From positions 930,001-994,000 of the forward strand of contig NW_026782111.1 of NCBI RefSeq assembly GCF_031769215.1: a stretch of 64,000 nucleotides of DNA, in the 5' to 3' direction. The stretch comes from Ylistrum balloti. Its lineage: Eukaryota. Shown in pieces: positions 27,765 through 38,816 of this stretch (the first letter of the stretch is position 1; every line of letters begins with the position of its first letter). Below the pieces are notes generated by a model, which worked only from the letters and a program-made list of their open reading frames with translations, made no database searches and was not told the origin of the DNA. The position numbers were made by a program, and so were the translations under genes.

Positions 27765-28960
27765 CGTTCTAGTTCTCTCAGTGATGTAATTTACACACAG
27801 TACTCTAAGAACTCTCTAGTCTGTCAGTGATGTAATTTACCTTCAGTACTCTCAGAACTCTCTAGTGCTCTCAGTGATGTGATTTACCTACTGTTCTCTC
27901 AGAACTCTCTAGTCTGTCAGTGATGCGATTTACCTACTGTACTCTCAGAACTTCCTAGTTCTCTCAGTGATGTAATTTATCTAAAGCACTCTCAGAACTC
28001 ACTAGATATCTCAGTGATGTGATTTACCTACTGTACTCTCAGAACTTCCTAGATCTCTCAGTGATGTAATTTATCTATAGCTCTCTCAGAACTCTCTAGT
28101 TCTCTCAGTAATGTAATTTATCTAAAGCACTTTCAGAACTCACTAGTTCTCTCAGTGATGTAATTTACCTACTGTACTCTCAGAACTCCCTAGTTCTCTC
28201 AGTGATGTAATTTATCTATAGCACTCTCAGAACTCTCTAGTTCTCTCAGTGATGTAATTTATCTAAAGCACTCTCAGAACTCCCTAGTTCTCTCAGTGAT
28301 GTAATTTACCTATAGTACTCTCAGAACTCACTAGTTCTCTCAGTGATGTAATTTATCTAAAGCACTTTCAGAACTCCCTTGTTCTCTCAGTGATGTAATT
28401 TACCTATAGTACTCTCAGAACTCCCTTGTTCTCTCAGTGATGTAATTTACCTACTGTACTTTCAGAACTCACTAGTTCTCTCAGTGATGTAATTTACCTA
28501 CTGTACTCTCAGAACTTCCTAGATCTCTCAGTGATGTAATTTATCTATAGCACTCTCAGAACTCTCTAGTTCTCTCAGTGATGTAATTTACCTTCTGTAC
28601 TCTCAGAACTCCCTAGTTCTCTCAGTGGTGTAATTTACCTACTGTACTCTCAGAACTTCCTAGATCTCTCAGTGATGTAATTTACCTACAGCACTCTCAG
28701 AACTCACTAGTTCTCTCCTTTGATGTAATTTACCTAAAGCACTTTCAGAACTCCCTAGTTCTCTCCTTTGATGTAATTTACCTATATTACTCTCAGAACT
28801 CCCTAGTTCTCTCCTTTGATGTAATTTACCTTCAGTACTCTCATAACTCTTTAGATCTCTCAGTGATGTAATTTAGCTTCTATCCTCTCAGAACTATCTA
28901 GATCTCTCAGCGATGTAATTGACCTACACTACTCTCTGATCTCAATGCTTTTCTTAGCGA
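27765..28960. repeat. 47-bp minisatellite (~25 copies; AGTGATGTAATTTACCTACTGTACTCTCAGAACTCTCTAGTTCTCTC)
   Basis: Period 47 (28201 vs 28248). Edges are degenerate. Confidence 0.95.
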
Positions 28961-29306
28961 TTTCTTTAATTAATTCTCAGAGATTAATAAAACGTTTGAA
29001 CCTATTACTTTCTTCAGTGATGTAACTTTAGTTCTCTTAAGAAACCGTTAGTTCCTTGACAGATGTAGTACCCTCATAACCGTTAGTTCTTTAATGATGT
29101 TATCCACCCTTTGTTCCCTAGACAAATATGAATAAGAACATTGATTCTGCAGCACACTTTCCACATACCTATGATAAGCCCTGGCAATCTTCCGGCTATA
29201 GTGATCGAAATTACCAGTCGACAATATCCGATTTTACGTATACGTTAAGTTAACTTAAATACAATTTTTAAAAACAAACTTTGCGTGTATTACATATGAA
29301 TGCACA

Positions 29307-29550
29307 GCGCATGCGTCAACCCTGATAACGATGGCGTCGCCTTGTGTTCTTCTAATCAAACTCGTTTGCCTGCGCGGGATGATGTTGATAGCCTGAAATG
29401 AAGCTTCAGCACGTGACACAATCTACATTCCCTCAGAATTTTATTTGACTGAAACATGGTAAAACGATATTGTGAATGGATCTGTCTGATAGTAACCTAG
29501 TTACCTATTATTCTTGTGATCTATATTCCCTACTTGGCCAAAGATGGCGC
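29307..29550. promoter_or_regulatory. Candidate promoter motifs (NRF1-like and YY1-like)
   Basis: GCGCATGCG at 29307-29315 and AAGATGGCGC at 29541-29550 in a locally CpG-rich patch. No gene could be linked to them. Confidence 0.25.
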
Positions 29551-30434
29551 CAAGAAAATGCAGAGCTAAGTTAGGTTAAAACCTGTTCTTTCGTTTGTTT
29601 TTGTGTGTGTATTTTTTTCACATACTAAGAATCTCACAAGTTGGCCAGGTCTAAAATCATACCGATCAGTAAGGAAAACGAGACGGAAAAGAATTTTGAG
29701 TGCTAATAACCTTCAATGTTTTATTTTATGTTTCAGTCATACCAACTCGTTTGATCTACTGTATATTATTTGTCTAGGCATTTCGAAAGTTTTATACTTA
29801 TCTCACAATTGAAAACTCCTTTGCATTTTTCAATGTAAACATGTCGTCAAACGTGTTTGATGTACTCAATATTTGTTCCGGTATTTTAAAACGTTTTTAC
29901 TTTGAACAGTTAAGGACAGCTGTGAGTTTTTGAGCAGAGTTTTGTGTACTAGACGGTCTCCGTTTATGATTGTCATTATTCATGGTTCAATCATCCTTTA
30001 TCCTGTTGTTAAACATTATCGGGATGTTGGAAATGGCTATGACGTCACTTCCGCTTTCGATGATGGATATAATTGATGATTTCCGTATGGTGCACTTTAG
30101 GGGAGAGAAGTTTTCAGCAGATTCAAATATTTGATAATAGCGATTTGAATAAAATATCAGTTAATTCGTGTGGCGATGTAGCCTAGAGCATGCAAGCATA
30201 CAAAATGCATACTTTATCGAAATAGGAACATGAAGGCCTGCTGGTGAAATACATGTAACTAGTGCACATTCTGTCTCCGTAACATTTATCAGTTAAGGAC
30301 GTGTGAAACATGAGCGCAATGGACGACAGACAAGGACGAGTAGCGCATATCTTGACGGGACAGACAGCACACAACAAACTAGGTCGAGAAAAGATAAGAC
30401 AACACGGGCGGGAAACTAGGCCATGTGAGCACTG

Positions 30435-31275
30435 CGCAACAGAGGAAGACACGATATAGGACGGGCGGTAAGTATAGGATAAATCAGACCATGTGAATAT
30501 AGGACATCATAGGAAGACACGATATAGGACGGGCGGGAGGTATAGGATGGACGGAAAACGATAGGATAAATCAGACCTTGTGAATATAGGACATGAGAGG
30601 AAGACACGATATAGGACGGACGGAAAACGATAGGATAAATCAGACCTTGTGAATATAGGACATCATAGGAAGACACGATATAGGACGGGCGGGAAGTATA
30701 GGATAAATCAGACCATGTGAATATAGGACATCATAGGAAGACACGATATAGGATGGACGGGAAACGATAGGATAAATCAGACCATGTGAATATAGGACAC
30801 CAGAGGAAGACACGATATAGGACGGACGGGAAACGATAGGATAAATCAGACCATGTGAATATAGGACATCAGAGGAAGACACGATATAGGACGGACGGGA
30901 AAGATAAGATAAATCAGACCATGTGAATATAGAACATGAGAGGAAGACACGATATAGGACAGACGGGAAAGATAAGATAAATCAGACCTTGTGAATATAG
31001 GACATCAGAGGATGACACGATATAGGACAGACGGGAAAGATGGGATAAATCAGGTCATGTGAATATAGGACATCAGAGGATGACACGATATAGGACGGGC
31101 GGGAAGTATAGGATAAATCAGACCATGTGAATATAGGACATGAGAGGAAGACACGATATAGGACGGGCGGGAAGTATAGGATAAATCAGACCATGTGAAT
31201 ATAGGACATGAGAGGAAGACACGATATATGACGGACGGGAAAGATAAAATAAATCAGGTCATGTGAGTACAGGAC
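30435..31275. repeat. 68-bp tandem repeat (~12 copies; GAAGACACGATATAGGACGGGCGGGAAGTATAGGATAAATCAGACCATGTGAATATAGGACATCATAG)
   Basis: Period 68 (30661 vs 30729). Confidence 0.95.
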
Positions 31276-32199
31276 AACAACACACAAACACACAGGACTT
31301 CGGTGTAACTGACCGATCATTCATTAATCCTAATCAATAAAGTTGTGGAAAGACACGTCCCTGCCTATGTCAGGAGACTTCCTTCGACCCAATGAGGTCT
31401 TTACTCGGGGTACTGAGGCAGCAATATGGAAGTTGACGCCCTGATTCATATTATGTACTTTCTTATATGAACAAATGTCCTGGATATTGCGTTTTTATTT
31501 TGATGGCTTTGCTGATTATGGCTTGCTTGTAATTACGTGTCCGAATGGCCGGATGTGTTGTCTTGATAATTAATAGAGAAAAAGATTATCTGATGGAGTA
31601 TGATAATTAGCCCTAGGCAAATAACTTGTGTGTATATGCTAATACGAAGATCACAACGATGACGCTCGCAACACATCAAAGGAAATTTCATGTTATCGAT
31701 TCTGAAACCTGATACTGCCATCTTGAAACCTATCTCGTGTAACACGACACCGAGGTCATCCTAAATTATTTAACACACGACAAAGTGCCATATCTGTATC
31801 AACTTGAAACAAATTATCGACTGTAATATATATGTGTGTTATTACCTTATCTAAATAGAAAATTAATCCTAAAATTTTACAGGTTTTCTTCATCAAAATC
31901 CAGTTAAAAAAAGAATAACATTTTATTAACATTTCAAATTTGAAATGTCAACGTTTATTTTATGGGAATTCTGTCATAAAAAAACTTTAAAGGTTGACAA
32001 AATTTGCAAAAGGGCCATATTTCTAACAGCCTTTATTTCGTGCTGACATTTCAAAACGCTCGAAATCCAAGCACAATGTATGATACGTCGACGCAGCGCA
32101 AGGGAGACCATCATTATTCATGTATAATGATAATTACAAAGGTTATAAAGTCCGTTACCACGGCAACTGTAAACAAATAACACACGATTTACCTTCAGT

Positions 32200-34605
32200 T
32201 GTGTGTGACGTTAACAACAACAGTTTAATGTGATGTTTGTTTGGCGTTATAAAATACACTATTTACTGTGAGGTGTATGTGACACTGTTTACTATGGCTG
32301 TGAGGTGTGTGTGACGCTGTTTACTGTGACTGTGAGGTGTGTGTGACGCTGTTTACTGTGACTGTAAGGTGTGTGTGACGTTTTGTAACCCACTGTTTAC
32401 TGTGAGATGTGTGTGACGTTATATAACACACAGTTTACTGTGAGGTGTGTGTGACGTTATATAACACACTGTTTACTGTGAGATGTGTGTGACGTTATAT
32501 AACACACTGTTTACTGTGAGGTGTGTGTGACGCTGTTTACTGTGACTTTGAGGTGTGTGTGACGTTATGTAACGCACTGTTTACTATGATGTGTGTGACG
32601 TTATGTAACGCACTGTTTACTGTGAGGTGTGTGTGACGTTTTGTGACACACTGTTTACTGTGAGGTTTGTGTGACGTTATATAACACACTGTTAATTGTG
32701 AGGTGTGTGTGACGTTATATGACACACTGTGAGTGACGTTATGTAACACACTGTTTACTGTGAGGTGTGTGTGATGTTATATGACATACTGTTTACTGTG
32801 AGGTGTGTGGGACGCTGTTTACTGTGACTGTGAGGTGTGTGTGACGCTGTTTACTGTGACTGTAAGGTGTGTGTGACGTTTTGTAACCCACTGTTTACTG
32901 TGAGATGTGTGTGACGTTATATAACACACAGTTTACTGTGAGGTGTGTGTGACATTATATAACACACTGTTTACTGTGAGGTGTGTGTGATGTGTATATA
33001 ACACAACGTTATATAACACACTGTTTACGGTGAGTGTGTGTGGCGCTGTTTAATGTGACTGTGAGGTGTGAGTGACGTTATATAACACACTGTTTACTGT
33101 GAGGTGTGTGTGACGCTGTTTACTGTGACTGTGAGGTGTGTGTGACGTTATGTAACCCACTGTTTACTATGATGTGTGTGACGTTATGTAACGCACTGTT
33201 TATTGTGAGGTGTGTGTGACGTTTTGTGACACACTGTTTACTGTGAGGTTTGTGTGACGTTATATAACACACTGTTAATTGTGAGGTGTGTGTGACGTTA
33301 TATGACACACTGTTTACTGTGAGGTGTTTGTGACGTTATATAACACACTGTTTACTGTGAGGTGTGTGTGACGTTATATAACACAGTGTTTACTGTAAGA
33401 TGTGTGTGACGTTATATAACACACTGTTTACTGTGAGGTGTGTGTGTTTACTGTAAGGTGTGTGTTATATACACACTGTTTACTGTGAGTGTGTGTGTGA
33501 GGTGTGGTGTGTTATATAACACATTGTTTACTGTGAGGTGTGTGTGACGTTATATAACACTGTTTACTGTGAGGTGTGTGACGTTATATAACACTGTTTA
33601 CGGTGAGATGTGTGTGACGTTATATAACACACTGTTTACTGTGAGTGTGTGTGACGTTATATAACACACTGTTTACTGTGAGGTGTGTGTGACGTTATAT
33701 AACACACTGTTTACTGTGAGGTGTGTGACGTTATATAACACACTGTTTACTTTGAGGTGTGAGTGACGTTATGTAACGCACTGTTTACTGTGAGGTGTGA
33801 GTGACGTTATATAACACAATGTTTACTGTAAGGTGTGTGTGTGTCGTTATATAACACACAATTTCCTGTGAGGTGTGTGTGACGTTGTTAACTTTGTTTG
33901 TGAGATGTGTGTGACGTTATATAACACACTGTTTACGGTGAGGTGTGTATATAACACACTGTTTAGGTGTGTGTGAGTGTGTGTGACGTGTTATATGTGA
34001 CGTTATAACACTGTTTACTGTGAGGTGTGTGTGACGTTATATACACACCACTGTGTGTGTACGTTATATAACACATGTTTATGTGTGTGACGTTATATAA
34101 CACATTGTTTACTGTGAGGTGTGAGTGACGTTATATAACACTGATTACTGTAAAGTGTGTGACGTTATATAACACACTGTTTTGAATTATGACTGTGTGT
34201 GTGTGACGTTATATAACACACTGTTTACTGTGAGGTGTGTGTGACGTTATATAACACACTGTTTATTGTGAGGTGTGTTTGACGTTATATAACACACTGT
34301 TTACTGTGAGGTGTGTGACGTTATATAACACACTGTTAATTGTGAGGTGTGTGTGACGTTATATAACACACTGTTTACTGTGAGGTGTGTGTGACGTTAT
34401 ATAACACACTGTTTACTGTGAGGTGTGTGACGTTATATAACACACTGTTAATTGTGAGGTGTGTGTGACGTTATATGACACACTGTTTACTGTGAGGTGT
34501 TTGTGACGTTATATGACATACTGTTTACTGTGAGGTGTGTGTGACGTTATATAACACTGTTTACTGTGAGGTTTGTGTGACGTTATATAACACAAACCTC
34601 ACACG
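32200..34605. repeat. ~38-bp minisatellite (GTGTGTGTGACGTTATATAACACACTGTTTACTGTGAG), 2.4 kb
   Basis: Directly visible. Contains the GTTATATAAC palindrome and duplicated higher-order blocks. Confidence 0.95.
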
Positions 34606-36199
34606 GTTCACAAGTCAGTCCTGTGCGACATTGAGATGAGAATGTTTCCCTGTAAATGACCTGCCTTTGACATGGATGAAAGTGTCAGTTTATATGATTG
34701 ATTGCTTTGCCAAGTGTTGTATCAACAGGTTACTTGGACAAGAAAGAAGGCAATCTATTTCTTAGACGGTTCGGGATGGAAAAGATATTTTTGTTATATA
34801 ATAATCGATTGAATTTAATTGATGGGCAGTACAAATCAAGAAATTTAATGGGGGCGACAGTGCAATCTATTAAAAAGATCTTGGTAAATTACAAAATTAT
34901 TTCGTTGATAAACCGAGAGAGGTAAATGCAGTTAAAATGATAGAATCATTCGGCTTTGAGTGATGATATTCCGAACACAAGTGACATTTTGCCCATCACT
35001 TTGACATTATTTTCCGATAAATTTGATTTGATGGGTGACATGTTTTAGAACATGCTGAAAAAATTACAATATAGATCGCATAATATTTCAGAGCTTTAAT
35101 GAAAGTTCATGTTAACACACTGCTATTTTAATGTAACATAAAAATGTCCTGGGTTCGATTCCCAGAACTGTGCGACCACATGGGCTGCATCCGGGTACTC
35201 AGTGATCATCATACACCTTTTGCGCGCTTTCCATTCGGGCAAACAAGCATAAGAAACATATAACGTAATGGCAACCAATTATTGTTAGATTCAGTTGATG
35301 CACCACTGGTGTTTGGTTCGTTGCATGCACGGTTTTTATGATATTGCATGTGTTGAGTACTATGTGAATCTTGATCAATAAACGCCAATGTCCATTAGTA
35401 TCGTAAACCTATTACAATGGTAGACCTTGTATCATAATGGATAAAATTTGGTAAAACTATCTTTAAAACTAGCTATGTCTTATTTTCCATAGTGTTAGTC
35501 AACCAACAATAGGGCAAGGTTTGCGTGTTCGCCCAAGTCACGTGCGCCTTAAAATATACTGTCTTTAAGTAATAGAAATATGTACTGACACGCAAATAGC
35601 ATGTTATAGTATGGAATGGCTATTGTTTTACAACACCTAGCAATTTGTGGCAGTTAAAGTGTAGGAACGAAAGGCGGGCAGACTGAGATACTCGTGTTTA
35701 AAAAAACTTAGAGCACGCGCTGTCTACGAATATATTAGTCATGTCACAGGTGTATGGTCAAGGTGTCGAATGTGACGGTTTCACGCGAGCATTAAAAGTA
35801 GAGTTTGGGAATCCATGAAAGGATATTGATCAGGGAAGCAGCGCCGTATCGTCTGAAAGTATATTCTGTGAGAACCGAAGACTTTTTCAATATACATCAT
35901 CCTGTTGTTCCATGATAAAAGTTTTAGATCATAGCATTTGCACGAAACACAAACCATACCGAAAGATATCGCCAGGCCACATAAAAGGTTCTCTGTCGTT
36001 GAAAACCTTCCGTAAATCTTGCTAGTTTCCATTTCCTAGCGTTTGCCACCGAAGTCGAAACTCACTAAACTTCAAAATACTTACGTAAGTCACAAATTAG
36101 TTTTTACCATTTTCTCAGTTTGACAAATAATTATCAATATACAATTGAAAAAAAAACAAGACACCACGTAATTTACTGTATAATGACGACAGTTTATTG

Positions 36200-36616
36200 T
36201 CAATTTAACACACATTCACGCCTCTTTCGTGCTTTCTCGATGGTTTTAGCAGCCTTTGCTTTTCGTTCCTGGATCTTCATTTCTCGGTTCAGTTTGGCCT
36301 TATCCATCTTCTCTTCAATTGCCATCATTTTCGCTACTCTCGAAATTGGTGGCAGTATCACGGGGAGAGATTTCTCGGCAGTGGAATACTGCGGTACTCC
36401 TGGTAGTGTGGCGGCAGAGAAACTGACTGAGGATCGTTTTGGTTTGTTGTCTCCCATTTCAATAATGAATTCCACACCCCCTTCACGCCTTTTTGGTATG
36501 ATCCCCTGCGCCCACAGCTGTTGCATGACCATTTGCTCTGTCTTCCTTGTCAGATTCAACATTGGCGTCCCCGTATTTACAGCTACACGAGCTGTATTAT
36601 CAGTAAAAGGCGCAAC
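36200..36616 (-). CDS. Exon 2 of stathmin-domain/STMND1-CCDC198-like small acylated protein (copy 1)
   Basis: Acceptor TTTTCACGACAG|GTTGCG at 36617/36616, phase 0. Open for 138 codons: VAPFTDNTARVAVNTGTPMLNLTRKTEQMVMQQLWAQGIIPKRREGGVEFIIEMGDNKPKR...LPPISRVAKMMAIEEKMDKAKLNREMKIQERKAKAAKTIEKARKRRECVLN*. The L-x-x-QGII...GGVEF-x-I segment plus a charged helical C-terminus resembles stathmin-like domains (recalled similarity). Confidence 0.75.
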   Translation of the reverse strand, partial: VAPFTDNTARVAVNTGTPMLNLTRKTEQMVMQQLWAQGIIPKRREGGVEFIIEMGDNKPKRSSVSFSAATLPGVPQYSTAEKSLPVILPPISRVAKMMAIEEKMDKAKLNREMKIQERKAKAAKTIEKARKRRECVLN

Positions 36617-36852
36617 CTGTCGTGAAAATCAAAAACTATTAAATTAAAGATTTTCTTCCATTTATATCGTTAAGTTTAAGGATTTTTTTTATTTGCTGAA
36701 GTCAATGTATAAAAATTGACTTTCGATACGATTTGATATACATAAATACTCCTAAAAATGCCGGCTTGATCAACATAAGAAACCATTCTATCGTGTCTGA
36801 AGTTTTCAAAGACGTTCCATCTCATCTTGTCAACAATATTAGTATACTTTAC

Positions 36853-36942
36853 CTTGTTATTCCGTCGCAGTCTCCTTATTAGTGAGTCCAGTGTAATTCT
36901 ACGTTTGTTCCCGTCATCTCCTCTAGATTCGATACAACCCAT
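36853..36942 (-). CDS. Exon 1 of the same gene (copy 1): MGCIESRGDDGNKRRITLDSLIRRLRRNNK
   Basis: ATG at 36942 in ACCATGG context. MGCxxS is a myristoylation/palmitoylation-type N-terminus. Donor AAG|GTAAAG at 36852, phase 0, in frame with exon 2 (168 aa total). Conserved in the paralogue at 46016-46105. Confidence 0.75.
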
Positions 36943-37017
36943 GGTCTCTGGTCAGAATTCAATGTTAACAGTTTGCCGCAAAAATGGTAACTAATTGTAC
37001 ATGGAAACAATCTTCTA

Positions 37018-37050
37018 TGACGTCATAATAACAAGGGTTTGATTACGTCA
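37018..37050. promoter_or_regulatory. Paired CRE-like sites upstream of copy 1
   Basis: TGACGTCA at 37018-37025 and TTACGTCA at 37043-37050. The paralogue has two perfect TGACGTCA sites at 46181 and 46206. Confidence 0.35.
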
Positions 37051-37717
37051 TGATGGTCGAATCGTTTAGGTAGCGGTACACAGTTTCTTAGTGTGGTCAT
37101 GTGTACTATTTTTGTTCATTAGATTACCCCATTATGAGGGTTTTAATTAAAATTTGAAAAATAAATCCTTGCTTAAATTGGTCTTGTCATGTTGAAGTGG
37201 ACAGTGTGGGGTTTCAGTTTTTTCCAGAATGATATTTTTGCATTATATTGCAGATTACTGTTTGGGCAGTCTCGAATCTGTACCTGTACTCCAAAGACTA
37301 GCTTTACAAAAAGTGAAATTTTTGTAGTGTTTACACGTGGTCATGTTGTGAAGGATCCGAGTTGGAATTTGCTGAAATGTAAGTAGTTTGTTACCATGAC
37401 AGTGTTGTTGGTTTTAAGACAGGTGTTCAGAAATACATATCTTCTGTAAAGTTGTAGTGCTAGGTTGGAATTAGAAGTATTTTTGCATTTTAGCATTTTT
37501 GAGTGGGTAACCATGACAATCACATGTCAGAAATCAGATGAAATTTTTGATTTACACAATTTTTATCTCTTTACTCATAATGTAATGTTACGTATTTTAT
37601 AAACATATATACATATAAGGATGATTTTTCATAACCAAACTGCTATACATTAATATCTCAAAAATTGCTAGCAATTTCACGAAAATGCAAATTATCTGTT
37701 TTCTGCTACCTAATCTG

Positions 37718-37882
37718 CAACGAGAATTTACATACGTGACTAGACAAAAGAGTTTAATGTTCCCGTCAATTCACGTCTGTAAATTCTCGTTGTAGTTTAA
37801 TGTTCCCGTCAATTCACGTCCGTAAATTCTCGTTGTAGTTTAATGTTCCCGTCAATTCACGTGTGTAAATCCTCATTGTAGT
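37718..37882. repeat. 22-bp inverted arm followed by three direct 43-bp repeats
   Basis: CAACGAGAATTTACATACGTGA (37718-37739) is the reverse complement (1 mismatch) of the core TCACGTCTGTAAATTCTCGTTG. Units start at 37756, 37799 and 37842. Confidence 0.85.
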
Positions 37883-38816
37883 ATAAATGGATATTTCGCA
37901 CACGTAATGGGATGATTTTGAAGAAAACTGTACAAAAGCATCTCCCTATGTCCTTATAGAAATCGTTCACGTAAGTTTACCAACAATCATATGATATCAA
38001 ATTTGAGGAAATTCTCTATAGATTTTTGTCAGAATTAAATATTTCAATGAATTATAAACTAAACAGAAAATAAGCTTAACGAAGTAATTAAATTGTAACC
38101 CAGAAAAATTAGCGAACAGGATACACACTTGTGTATTCATTAATCCAGTGAGGTTTCAGTTCCGGGTTTCCCCGATGCGCTATATTTAGACGGTTTGGTT
38201 GGGAGTATTCCCACCAATTTCGCCTGTCCAAAGTGAGTACAGGAGAGATATTTTGTAGTGAACAATATCTAAAAAAAAAGTCATTAGAATGAGTTCTTAA
38301 AGGGTACAAAGCAGATAGAAATTTTGAAACTTGGATGAAATATCCCTATTTAGTTCTATTATCGATAACTGCCAATATTGATTCCCCAACACGGTTTATT
38401 CCCTTGATTTTTTCTTCTCTTCCCTTTTATCATGACTTTATAAATATAATATTTCATTAAGTCAAATTAAGCCCCTCCCCCGCCACTTTTTTCCTCCCTC
38501 TGTTGCACAGCGTACCAAACAATACACATCTTGTTAAAACACCACTTCGTGCACTCTGCTCCTTTTTTCCAAATTCGCTCTGTGGTAACTGAAATGTCTA
38601 TCAGTTTGTCACTATATCGTTCCCGAACTGGTGCTTTTAATAATTGTGTACAGGCCTCAAATTATGTTACTTTTGTGACCGTCCTTGACATGATTATGTA
38701 TTGGGCTATTGATTCTTCGCCTGTTTATATTTTATATTTGTGTATGCCTATCCATGCCGAAGTAGCTTATATCACCGTTTCGTCTATAGCATACCTGACA
38801 TATCATTATATATCTA

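Noticed and set aside
30183-33308. ORFs in the 68-bp and 38-bp arrays
   Set aside because: Unit lengths are not multiples of 3, so these are repeat artefacts.
23868-34605. Regular arrays as possible CRISPR loci
   Set aside because: Units are contiguous tandem monomers with no unique spacers, there are no cas genes, and the context is eukaryotic.
36120-36647. 175-aa plus-strand ORF (and 44720-45010)
   Set aside because: Antisense shadow of the minus-strand exon 2. Splice signals and protein motifs support the minus strand.
36676-36852. Continuation of ORF MGCIES...VKYTNIVDKM beyond codon 30
   Set aside because: Read-through into the intron. Similarity to the paralogue stops at the GT donor.
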